Of a stretch of 64,000 nucleotides of DNA, positions 13,830-25,811 are shown one piece after another. The position numbers were made by a program, and so were the translations under genes. Source of the stretch: Eledone cirrhosa (taxonomy: Eukaryota); assembly GCA_964016885.1 (NCBI GenBank), contig OZ024744.1:63054001-63118000 (forward strand), in the 5' to 3' direction. Position 1 is the stretch's first letter. The number at the start of each line of letters is the position of its first letter. The notes under the pieces are model-generated. The model saw only the letters and a program-made list of their open reading frames with translations. It had not been told where the DNA came from and did not search any database.

Positions 13830-15852
13830 GGCACAGGTTGCTAAGGTCATATGTGGAGAAATGCGTAGAAATGATCAGTGAGAACAATGTTGAGTTCCGT
13901 GGGATTGATACCAGTGAGCTGGACTCCTACTTAAACTTACCTATAGTAATAATTACCTAGACACATATGACCTTAGCAACCTGTGCCCTACAAGACCAGC
14001 AAGAGGCAGACCACCTACCATTACCTCAATGGCCAAGAAAACCCACACAGATAGATGGAACGGGTGGACCAGAGCCATACGGACCCCCGAAAACCACGAT
14101 GAACTAAAGAAAATGATTGCACATGCGGTGGGGGCCAGCATAAAATTAACCCTTAAGAAACATATGTTCAAATTTAATGGAAAAACATATGCCCAAGAGA
14201 AAGGAGCAGCCATTGGTGTTAGCATTGCAGGCGACATAGCTAACTTATTCATGGTATGGTGGGACAGTAGACTTAAACTTAAACTTAAACTTAAAGAACA
14301 ATTAGAAGACTCCTTAAACCTGATAATGAACTCCCACTACGTTGATGATATAAACATCGTAGTTAAAACACCCCCACTAGAGAACAGTCAGGAATTAGAG
14401 AAAAACATAATGGAAAGCATCCAGCAAATAGCTAACTCCATCCACCAGAGTATTAGAGTTACTATAGACTACCCAAGTAAACACCCCAACCATCAACTAC
14501 CTGTACTAGACACAGAGCTATGGTTAGATACCAATAATAACAAAAAACAAATCCTCCATTCCCATTATGCCAAACCCATGACTTCCAAATATCTGATCCA
14601 CCGAAACTCAGCTGTTTCGGACCATACCAAAATCAACATACTGATTGCGGATTTGGTACGGGTGATGAGAAACGTGTCCCGCATGTGCAACCCCGAAGAA
14701 CTAGAGAGACACCTACAACACTTCATCCACCGTATGCAGTTCTCTGGTTACAATCAGAGAGATAAAATCAGAGTGTATAGAGGAGCCAGAACCAAATGGG
14801 AAAAAATGGTAAATAATGACACAAATGGGACCTGCCCCTTGTATAGGTGCAAATTTTGGAATAGAATAGAAAGAACTAGGAATAAGGCTAATAGAATAAA
14901 CTCATGGTATGATAGCAATAAATACCAGAGTGTAATGTTCATCGATACAACCCCTAGAGGTGAATTAGCTTACAAATTTAGAAGGGCCCTAGATAAACAT
15001 AAACTCAATATTAAGATAGTAGAAAGACCAGGTACCTCCATAAAAACACTTATTAGCAAGACATACCCTTTTCAAAGAACCCCTGTGTAGATAAGAAATG
15101 TATAACCTGTAAATTAAGCCCCCATATTAACTGTAAAACTAGAAATGTAGTATATAGCATAAGATGTACTGAAGGACAATGTAGAGACAAAAATATAGTG
15201 TACATAGGTGAGACAGCTCGTAGTGTAGGGGAACGGATAAATGAACACTGGCGAGACCTTCAAGATAGTAAAGAATCATCTGTACTCTACCAACATGCTA
15301 AAATAGAACATAAGGGTAAATTAGAGAACATAGAAATAAAAATAGTATCTACACACAGAAAAGACGCAATGTTTAGACAAATCACAGAGGCAATAAACAT
15401 AAAAGAATTACAACCAAAATTAAATAGAAAACATGAGTGGAACAGCAACATCACAACTTAAAATTAAGGACAAAATGAAAACACACACGCACATAGAACA
15501 AACAACCAACCTGTAACGTGTAAATAAACAAATAAATAAACGAATATAAACACACACAGACACCCGGATGTGGCGCATGCGCAGACTGAGCACACAACAC
15601 ACACACAGAAACAAGATGGCGTAGGACAGAACAAAGGAGAGGCACAAAAACAAAGAAAAGAATCCCAGTCACTGAAGAGGTCACAGAATGTGTGACGAAA
15701 GAACTTTGACAATATATAAACAACCATCTGGTTGTGGAACCAACCAACCGGAAATTTATAAATTCCCAAATTTATAAATTTATTATAATAAATTGAAGTG
15801 AAAGCAACTGGTGCGTGTGTTTCTTATTGGCAACATGACCCTCCCAAAGTAT

Positions 15853-15855
<3 letters not shown>
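13830..15855 (+). mobile_element. Penelope-like element (Naiad-like), 5'-truncated: RT, Cys-rich linker, GIY-YIG endonuclease and pLTR
   Basis: RT motifs QEKGAAIG, HYVDD, LPVLD; after a frameshift near 15080, PCVDKKCITC..C..NVVYSIRC...C...YIGETARS (GIY-YIG); flanked by (TA/CA)n; clade assignment is inference. Confidence 0.9.
15668..15710 (+). ncRNA. Minimal type I hammerhead ribozyme in the PLE pLTR
   Basis: GTCA-CTGAAGA-G-GTCACA/GAATG/TGTGAC-GAAA-G/AA/C-T-T-TGAC; all three helices pair. Confidence 0.8.
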
Positions 15856-15913
<58 letters not shown>

Positions 15914-15990
15914 TACTCACACAAATATACATATACACATACATATATATACATATATATATATATACACACACATATACACATATACAC

Positions 15991-16021
<31 letters not shown>

Positions 16022-16068
16022 CATATATATATATACAGATATACACATATATATACATATATACACAC

Positions 16069-16101
<33 letters not shown>

Positions 16102-16322
16102 TATATATATATATATATACACACATAAACATACATACACACATATATATATATATATATACACATATATATATACATATATACACATATACATATATAT
16201 ATATATATATATATTCACACATATATATATATATACATATACATATATATACATATACACACATATACACATATATATATATATATACACATACAGACAT
16301 ACACACATACATACATATATAT

Positions 16323-16383
<61 letters not shown>

Positions 16384-16800
16384 GATATATACACACACAT
16401 ACACATATATATACACATATATATATATATACACATATACATATATATACACACATATACATATACACATTTATATATACACACATATATACACACATAT
16501 ATACATATATAAAAATATATATATATATAAAAATAAATAAATACATACACAGATATATACATATATACATACATACACATAGATACATATACACATACAC
16601 ACATACATACATATATATATTATATATACACATATATATATATATATACACATATACATACATATATATATATATTATATATACACATATACACATATAC
16701 ATACACATACAAACACATACACACATATAGATATATATATACATATACAAACACATACACACATATACATATATATATATACGCAAATAAGTACTCATAA
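15856..16800. repeat. Long compound (TA)n/(CA)n microsatellite
   Basis: Direct reading; similar tracts at 12380-12680, 13220-13830 and 19080-20050. Confidence 0.95.
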
Positions 16801-17757
16801 ATATACGCATATACACAGGCACATAAAAACAGCTCTACAGGCAGAAAATGCAGATAGGTAAGAGGTACTCACATAACCACATAACCATAGTGACCGTATT
16901 TCAGGTTGAGGAGGGGTGGGGTGGCGTGGGAAGGAGGTAGAGGGGCTAAAAGGAGGAGATTCGTTTTTAGTCATCGGGCATTAACACTGGCTTAAGGTAT
17001 TTGAAAGTTGCAAAGTTCTTGTGCATGCAGTTCGGGCAGTGTTCTGAGAGTTTGTTCAGTAGCGGGCCCTTGGCGAATAAAATGTCATAGCTCTCTGACA
17101 TACAAAGGTCGCAGCCCTTATGTCCTCCGTTGTAAGACCGCACTTTCTGGAGTATTTTCCATTTAAGCGTGAAGGGGGTGGAGTTCCTTTTGAGGTCCCA
17201 AACATAGGAGGCGAGTGTTGTCTGGTTTGATTTGTCCGGTCTTCTGAAGGAGTGGGTATGGGCATACCAACGGGTTTTAAAGTTATTGGAAGTTATGCCG
17301 ATGTAAGTCTTTTTGTTATTGCAATCATCGGTGCCTGAGATGACATCGCATTTGTATACGATATCATTTGTCAGGCATTTGTTTTCAAGTGGGCAGGCTT
17401 CCTTATTTAGGCAATTACACAAGGCCCCAGTCCGGGGAATGGGTTCGGAGATGGTTGGCTTATTTAATTTTTTTAGAATTGTGGTTGGCTATATTCCTAG
17501 CTAGGTTAGGTGTGGTGGAGTAGGAGAGTCTTATTGTGTTCTTATTAAAGATGGTGTAGTACCTATGTTGCATGGGGAAGTGTGTTTTCAGCAAAGTGAA
17601 GAAAATCTTAGCTATCGGTGTAGAGACCTCTCTATTGAAGGGAGGGTTGTACCAGCTAATCTGCCTATGCCTATTCCTCCTCTGCAATCTTGCGGTGGTT
17701 TCTAGGTAGGTTATCTTTTCTTTAAATCCGCTGCGGGCGAGGGCGTCATTATAGGGC
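16800..17757 (-). mobile_element. Penelope-like element fragment (RT thumb, GIY-YIG, partial pLTR)
   Basis: WYNPPFN...FP..HRY; CNC....CPL..KCL...IVYKC...TYIGIT...CDLC; frameshift near 17460; homologous to 20925-21860. Confidence 0.9.
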
Positions 17758-18283
17758 AAACAGCAGCTAACTCTCCCCCATAACACACCCCTCCCTACTG
17801 TCTTAAATTTAGAAAACACATATCCTCTATGAGGTTACTAAACCTGCTAGAAACAGCAGCTAACTCTCCCCCATTTCACACCACTCCCTACTGTCTTAAA
17901 TTTAGAAAACACATATCCTCTATGAGGTCACTAAACCTGCTAGAAACAACAGCTAACTCTCCCTCATATCACAACCCTCCCTACTGTCTTAAATTTAGAA
18001 AACACACAGACAACCATGCAGAACAACTCCATCGCAGTTCGGCTGGCATCGTCTACGCGCGTGTTGCGCAAGTACTGTGAAACAATAAATTTCAACAGTT
18101 TTTTGCACAGAGATAATATCCATAGGCGAAACTACAATTGTCACTGCTGGCGCAGCTCATGCTTCCAGGTCTGCAATTCATTCACCCAGTGCCTGGCAGA
18201 CAAAAAAGTGCTGCCATAAAATGGGTGGTGCAATCTAACTTTGGTAACTTAATGACCCCGAGCAACGCCGGGCTTTAATGTTA

Positions 18284-18284
<1 letters not shown>
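17758..18284 (+). mobile_element. Helitron 3' part containing an ~88-bp tandem repeat (about 2.8 units)
   Basis: AAACAGCAGCTAACTCTCCC...CTGTCTTAAATTTAGAAAACAC occurs three times; ends CCCGAGCAACGCCGGG...TTAG|T. Confidence 0.65.
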
Positions 18285-18322
<38 letters not shown>

Positions 18323-18325
<3 letters not shown>

Positions 18326-19076
18326 TCTTCCGACCATCTCTCCACGGATTACTCGTATGTGGAGCTTGACCGCGGAATCAACTACCATCCTAGGAGTTTA
18401 CCAACCTTTCAACCACATCTTCTTACGGAATCACCTTTATAACTCACCCACACACACACCCAAAATAAATTGTTTTTTTCCCACACGCCACCTACACCCA
18501 CAACACGCTTAAACCCCACACACGTGCTTTCCACCACATATTTACACCTTCAGCCTCTGGATTCCTCTCCCCCCACCCCTCTATCCACGCACGCACACAC
18601 ACTCCGACCTACACCCCACCCCACACACACCTCTTCCTGAACATGCAACCCCGTTCTTCCCCCAACCCTTGCTTTCACATACACACACACACACACACAC
18701 GTACACCTACACACACACACCACCTTCAGCCCTCCCCGCTCGGACATCCCGTCTCCCTCTCCCCACTCCACCCGCCACCACCCCTACACCCCCCACACCC
18801 TTCCACCACCTGTTTTACCCCATTTTAATTTTATTTTATTTTGATCATGCTTTTATTTTTAATTTCATTCGCACCGTTTCCTCCCACCCCCTTTTCGCTA
18901 TATGTCTCTCCACCACTCCCCTACACACCCTTTGAACTCTCTTCCCACACACTTTTCACCTGAAGAAGGGCTTATGCCCGAAACGCCGTTCCCCACCGCC
19001 ACCCCACTCTCCAGAGCGTGAAATTAATAAACATTCGTTGTACTGCCTCTCTGTTTTGTTCCTGTTCAAATTTTCC

Positions 19077-19080
<4 letters not shown>
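18323..19080 (+). mobile_element. Probable solo PLE pLTR with a minimal hammerhead motif
   Basis: CTGAAGA-A-GGGC/TTAT/GCCC-GAAACG at 18960-18986; segment bounded by (TA)n. Confidence 0.6.
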
Positions 19081-19148
<68 letters not shown>

Positions 19149-19669
19149 TATGTGTATATGTATGCATGTGTATGTATGTATATGTGTATATATCTGTGTA
19201 TGTATTTATTTATATATATATATATGTATATGTGTGTATATATGTGTGTATATATATGTGTATATATATTTATGTATAAATGTAGGTATGTGAATGTTTG
19301 TGTATATATGTGTGTATATATATATGTGTATATGTATATGTGTGTATATATATATGTATATATATGTATGTGTACATATATGTGTATGTGTGTGTATACA
19401 TGTATATATATATATGTATATGTATGTCTATATGTATGTGTGTGTCTGTATTTGTATATATATGTGTGTGTTGTGTGTATATGTATATATATGTATATGT
19501 ATATATATATATATGTGTATATATATATATGTATATGTATATATATATATGTATATATGCATACGTGTATATGTGTATATATGTATATATATGTGTGCAT
19601 ATATATATGTGTGTATGTATGTATATATATGTGTGTATATATATGTGTGTATGTATGTTTATGTATGTA

Positions 19670-19740
<71 letters not shown>

Positions 19741-19769
19741 ATATGTGTCTATATATATATATGTATGTG

Positions 19770-19822
<53 letters not shown>

Positions 19823-19829
19823 ATATGTG

Positions 19830-19892
<63 letters not shown>

Positions 19893-19915
19893 GTGTATGT
19901 ATATATGTGTTTGTA

Positions 19916-20024
<109 letters not shown>

Positions 20025-20434
20025 GTATGCGTGGGTGCGTGAGTGTGTGTGTTTGTGAATGTGTCTGTTGACAATTGGAATATAGCTTAAGAGAAACTTG
20101 AAGATAATGGTATGATATGCACTCAATATTTTGAACTGGTCTATAGAATTCTCTAGGCCTTGACACTCTAAGTAGAACCTTAAAGAATTAGCTTTTAAAG
20201 AATTTCCCTTTTCTTTAAATCCATCAACCACGACTGACCCCCAACGATCTTATAGACACCTGAAATATAGGCATTGTTAGCTTAAGAGAAACTTAAATAT
20301 AAATTATAGCTTTAAAGAATTAGCTTTTAATGAACTCCCTTTTCTATCAACCAATGACCTCTACCCATCTCACTCCCTACCATCTCCTACCACCTGAAGA
20401 GACCTATAAATACCATATTTATTTTTTGATACCC

Positions 20435-20485
20435 AGATTCCTGATGATTTCTAAAGAATGAAACAGTTCTAGTCCTGTAGAATCT
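20435..20485 (+). ncRNA. Type I hammerhead ribozyme (GUA cleavage triplet) in a probable solo pLTR (~20066-20568)
   Basis: AGATTC-CTGATGA-T-TTC/TAAA/GAA-T-GAAA-CAG/TTCTAGTC/CTG-T-A-GAATCT; 6-bp helix I and 3-bp helix III pair perfectly. Confidence 0.85.
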
Positions 20486-20581
20486 CTTCTATATTAAAAC
20501 TTTTATACTCTGCTATGTATTGAGTACCTTACTTACTGTGGTTACCTCCGATTCAACCCGGAATAACGTATATATATATAT

Positions 20582-22870
20582 ATTATAGTAATAATAATAA
20601 AATTGAAGACTAAAATCCAAAGAGGGCTCGATAAGGAAAATATATATATATATATATAAGAACCGTAGAGCAAATATTTATTAAAATAACAGGTTAAAGT
20701 TTAAGCAAAGAATCGCTGCTTTCACCCTTAACGGGATCTTCTGAAACTAACAAAGTCAATCTGTAAACGCAGAACTGGATATTTCAAAAAACGTTGCAAC
20801 CGGACCTCGTGCTTGCGACAGGTTCAGAAAAGAACTCACAGCCTTCTTTAAAGGCTTTAACCTCTCTATACAGGTTGAGGCCAATCTCTCGGTCGTTAAT
20901 TACCTCGACGTTACCCTCAATTTATTGAATGAGTTGCATTACCCGTATAGAAAGCCGAATGATACGCTTAATTACATAAGTAAGCATTCCAACCATCCTG
21001 CCAGCATAACCAAGAACCTGGTAAGAAACGTTTCGTTGAGGCTTTCCCGTCTTTCCACCAACGAGCGCATTTTCAACGACCATTCCACTTATTACAATGA
21101 AGCTCTTGCTCGAAGTGGATTTGTCGATAAGGTAGTATATACAGAGTACGAAAATAGACCTAGAAGAAATAGATCCCGTCGCATTTGTTGGTTTAACCCA
21201 CCATATAATATGGAGGTGGCCACACCATTAGCTAGGATCTTTCTTTCCCTTATTACGAAGCATTTTCCCCCTACACATAAATATAGTAAAATTTTTAATA
21301 GAAATACTATTAAAATTTCTTACTCTACGACTCCTAACCTTGCACATAACATCACAGCTTCAAATTTAGCTAAACTACCTAACCGTAGGAACACGTGCAA
21401 CCCTGTAGTTAGTACTAACTGTAATTGTAGGAATCGGGCTGATTGCCCCCTATCCGGGAAATGCCTCTCTAGTAACATTGTCTACAAATGTAAGGTTGTA
21501 ACACCCACGTCCCGTAGGGCCTACATAGGGTTAACCGCCAATAGTTTCAAGCAGCGTCTTTACATGCATACCCATTCTTTTCGTTACCCTCTAAGAAGGA
21601 ATATGACGTCACTTTCAGCTTATATCTGGAGTCTAAAAGACAACCACACCCAATATAAGTTACACTGGGAGATCCTAGCTAGGGCTAGATCGTATAACGG
21701 AAATAAAAGACCATGTGACCTCTGCGCCGCTGAGGCCCTGGAAATACTCTACGCCACAGACCACATCTTAAACAAAAAATCTGAGGCAATTTCGGCTTGT
21801 AAACATAAATTGCACAAAACTTTCCTGTATTACAGCCCCACGTTATACCTTAACGGATAGCACGATCTATACGTGGATATTTTACGTCTTGATGTGGGAG
21901 CTAAGTATATGTTTTGTTTATTCCTTTACTTATTTGCATAGGTAAGTATATATTACCCGTATGTTTTGTGAAGGTATGTATACCTTCTCGTACGTATATT
22001 TATTTGACTGTTATGGCGTATAATTTTTACATATTCTGGTATTTAGGGTTTGGCTATGTGTATACGGGAGTTTTGCGTCTGCGTGAGTATGCAGGTTCGT
22101 ACGTATGGTGGGTGTGTGTATATGTGTACTTCTTGTTTTAGTTGACTTACGTCTCCGAACACTCGTGTATTTATTTGTAGGTATGTGTGTGAGCTTGTTA
22201 TATACGTATTTATTTACTTATATACGTTTATATAATTATTTATTTATTTGTACACAAGCATACACACACACACATATTTATATGTGCGTGGTTTTGTATA
22301 CCTATGGTAAGGTTTTGCGTATGCTTGTGTATGTATGTATCTGTTTGCGTGTATGTATTTATTTGTTTCTATTACTTCTGTATTGTATTTATTTACTTTG
22401 TTCTTAACTCTGTAGCGGAGATTCATTTGGTCTCCTAGTTAGAATTTTAGTCTACAACTTCTGCTATACCATTTACGTGGTTTTGTCTTTGCGTGCTATT
22501 GTTCTCTACGCTCCACATATGACTTATTATCTTCGTTTTTTCGTTCATTGCCAGAGAACGTCTCTATGCACCACCTAAGAGAACATTAGTCTACGACCTC
22601 TTTTATACCATAAACGTGGTTCTGTCTTTGCGCGTAATTGTTTTTCACCGCTCCTATTAATGACGTATTATTCGTTTTTTCCCGTTCTTTGCCAGCGAAC
22701 GTTACCACGAACCAAAGTATCGTCTTCCTGTCTTCCTCCGGTTGCAACGTTTTTTGAAATATCCAGTTCTGCGTTTACAGATTGGCTTTGTTAGTTTCAG
22801 AAGATCCCGTTAAGGGTGAAAGCAGCGATTCTTTGCTTAAACTTTAATCTGTTATTTTAATAAATATATA
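20582..22870 (+). mobile_element. Penelope-like element: inverted partial pLTR, then RT C-terminus and GIY-YIG ORF, then pLTR
   Basis: Open frame from ~20802 (...VVNYLDVTL...WFNPPYN...CNC..IVYKC..AYIGLT..CDLC) to the stop at 21860; 20680-20804 is the reverse complement of 22737-22865. Confidence 0.92.
22777..22852 (+). ncRNA. Variant type I hammerhead (core CAGAAGA)
   Basis: ACAGATT..AGTTT-CAGAAGA-T-CCC/GTTAA/GGG-T-GAAA-GCA/loop/TGC-T-T-AAACT..AATCTGT; antisense copies at 20689-20764, 23649-23724 and 2067-2142. Confidence 0.7.
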
Positions 22871-22949
22871 TATTTCTCCTATTTCTCACTCACTTCCTAC
22901 CTCGAGATTTCCCATCTGCATTGTTGTGGCTTTCTAAACTACATATTTT

Positions 22950-23363
22950 CTATATATTATATATATATATATTATATATTATATAATATTATATATATAT
23001 ATATATTATATATATATTATATATATATATATTATATATATATTATATATATATATATATTATATATATATTATATATATATATATTATATATATATATT
23101 ATATATATATATTATATATATATATATTATATATATATATTATATATATATATATTATAGATATATATGTTATATATATATATTATATATATATATTATA
23201 TATATATATTATATATATATATATATTATAGATATATATATTATATATATATATTATATATATATATATATTATATATATATTATAATATATATATATTA
23301 TAGATATATATATTATATATATATTATATATATATATATATTATATATATATTATATATATAT
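22950..23363. repeat. Interrupted (TA)n satellite with periodic TT
   Basis: Direct reading. Confidence 0.9.
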
Positions 23364-24365
23364 AGTAATAATAATAAATTTGAAGACTAAAATCCAAAGA
23401 GGACTCGATAAGGATAAATATATATCAAATATATAAGAACCGTAGAGCAAATATTTATTAAAATAACAGATTAAAGTTTAAGCAAAGAATCGGCCAGACT
23501 AAGGGCTTTTTGGGTGGCATATCGGCAGTAACAATGACGATAAGCCGTCTGTGCTTTCGTGAAATAAATACGTTTGTTTATATTTTGTTGTTGTGTATGC
23601 AAAGATATCTGTACACGAATATGTAATTATATATATAATATTAAAATAACAGATTAAAGTTTAAGCAAACAATCGCTGCTTTCACCCTTAACGGGATCTT
23701 CTGAAACTAACAAAGTCAATCTGTGAACGCAGAAGTGAATATTTCAAAAAACGTTGCAACCGGAGGAAGACAGGAAGACGATACTTTGGTTCGTGGAAAC
23801 GTTCCCTGGCAAAGAACGGGAAAAAACGAATATAATACGTCATTATTTGGAGCAGTGAAACACGAAAAGACAAAACCACGTTTATGGGTTTATGGTATAA
23901 AAGAAGTCGTTGACTAATATTCTCTTAGGTGGTTTATAGAGACGTTCTCTGGCAATGAACGGAAAAAACGAAGATAATACGTCATATGTGGTGCGGTGAG
24001 AACAATTGCACGCAAAGACAAAACCACATAAATGGTATAACTGAAGTCGTAGACTAAAATTCTAACTAGGAAATCGAATGATTCTCAGCTTCAGAGTTAA
24101 GAATAAAGTAATTAAAATACAGAGCTAATTGAAATTAAATAAATACATACACGCATCCATATACTTACAAACACAAGCATACGCGAAAACACTCGCCATA
24201 GGTATACAAATACACGCACGTACAAAAAAATACAAAAAAACCACACGCACATACAAAACCCACGCAACGCCTGTGCCCGGACACATACGAATGTATACAC
24301 CAAATACACATAAAAATATATATAAAAAATATATGTATTTGTATACCTATGGCGAGTGTTTTCGC
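23364..24365 (-). mobile_element. Inverted PLE pLTR copies of the same family as 21860-22870
   Basis: 23640-24215 matches the reverse complement of ~22290-22860; 23364-23492 repeats 20586-20715. Confidence 0.85.
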
Positions 24366-24956
24366 CTCCACCCGCTTTCCTGTCGCCACAGTGCCGACCG
24401 CCTTCCATGCCATGCTGCCCTCAACGAGGTCATTAAACATGGCTTGGACGTTGCAGGCTTCCCCTCACAGATCGAGCCGGTGGGGTTGGATCGAGGGGAT
24501 GGCAAAAGGCCAGGCGGTATGACCATCTTTACGTTCCGCGGTGGCAAACCACTCGTCTGTGATGCCACTTGCAGCGACACTTTCTCCAGCGGCAACCTGG
24601 TGCAGTCTGCGACTAACCCAGGTACTGCTGCACGTCGGGCTGAGGAGGCCAAACTCTCCAAGTACCAGTCGCTCTCTGACATGTTCACGGTCGTGCCCTT
24701 GGCAGTGGAGACTTCTGGTGTCCTTGGCCCTAGGGCTACCTCCCTATTCACCAGCATATTCACTGCTGGCCAGCCGCAGGTGTGAACCTCGCGAGTTGGA
24801 ATGGCTCTACCAGCGCAACTTCCTTACCGTCCTCCGGGGAAACGCCTTCTCCATCCTGTCCACTAGGGCTGTGAGGAAGCCAGCACGTGGGACCCCATTT
24901 GCTCAGGCAAACTATTGTAAATAAACCTAATTAATACTGTAAAAAAAAAAAAAAAA
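24362..24956 (+). mobile_element. CRE-like non-LTR retrotransposon 3' fragment (restriction-like endonuclease) with A-rich tail
   Basis: HPLSC...HAALN...DGKRPGG..GKPLVCDATCSDT...LAVETSG; near-identical to 26400-26900. Confidence 0.85.
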
Positions 24957-25191
24957 TTAAACTTACCCGCAAACAGGCTTCAAAGGACTTTTTCCCTGAA
25001 AATAAAGAGGACGAAAGGGTGCTCGCACCTGCCCCCCCCCCCTTTTTTTCCAGAGTTTTCTTTATCACTTAACTCTAATCCTAACCCTAACCCTAATCCT
25101 GGGGGAGAGGATCAACAGTCTGAGGGTTCGCCGCTTCCTCTTGCGTTTTCCGGGAGAAAGTCCTTTACAACATGTTCGTAGGTAAGTTTAA
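24957..25191. mobile_element. MITE with ~55-bp imperfect TIRs, TTAA ends and internal telomere-like repeats
   Basis: TTAAACTTACC..AAAGGACTTT..GAAAA..AAGAGGA and its reverse complement; CTAATCCTAACCCTAACCCTAATCC at ~25075-25099. Confidence 0.75.
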
Positions 25192-25619
25192 TGGTTAGCA
25201 CAGTAAGAAAAAAATGTTTAATTGTTTATTACTGAAATTCCACTTCCTACATAATATAAGGCTAGTGACGATTGAAATTTTTTCATTTTCTCTACTATGG
25301 TTTTCTTAAATTACATTTAGACACAATTTGATCTAAATCGCAAAGAAATATGTTTAACTTTTTCCAGACATCTTCAGTATTCTTTGACAAAATGATGTTT
25401 ATTTTCAGTGATTGTTAATTAACGAATTTAAAGTTGTTCTCAGCAAACTAAATAAGTTACTAATCCATAGACTAATCTGGGCTTTATTAATCCATGTATT
25501 TCCTCCACCTCCCTCCATCTCTTTGATGCTTTAATCATTCACCCCACTACAGCAAAACATTGACATCCCCTAAGTCCCTGCGGGGCTTCAAGTATAGTAC
25601 CAACTCAGCCTAATGAATA

Positions 25620-25805
25620 ATTGTTTCAACTTTAGGCATAAGTCCGGAAATTTTGGCGGGAGGAGAAAGTCGATTAAATCGACCCCAGTGCATTACTGGT
25701 ACTTTATTTTATTGACTCCGTAAGGGTGAAAGGCAAGGTGGGATCTGAACTCAGAACGTAAAGGGACATAACTCTGTGCTACAAAGAGCATGGTGTCTGA
25801 CGCTA
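25620..25805. mobile_element. SINE-like dispersed repeat
   Basis: Same family as 6360-6535. Confidence 0.65.
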
Positions 25806-25811
25806 ACTAAA

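Noticed and set aside
15080-15461. Possible selenocysteine recoding, as reported for some Naiad PLEs
   Set aside because: The Cys-rich linker and GIY-YIG frame use TGT codons with no in-frame TGA; the ORF break is a simple frameshift
20391-20412. CTGAAGA hammerhead-like core
   Set aside because: No helix II plus GAAA follows it
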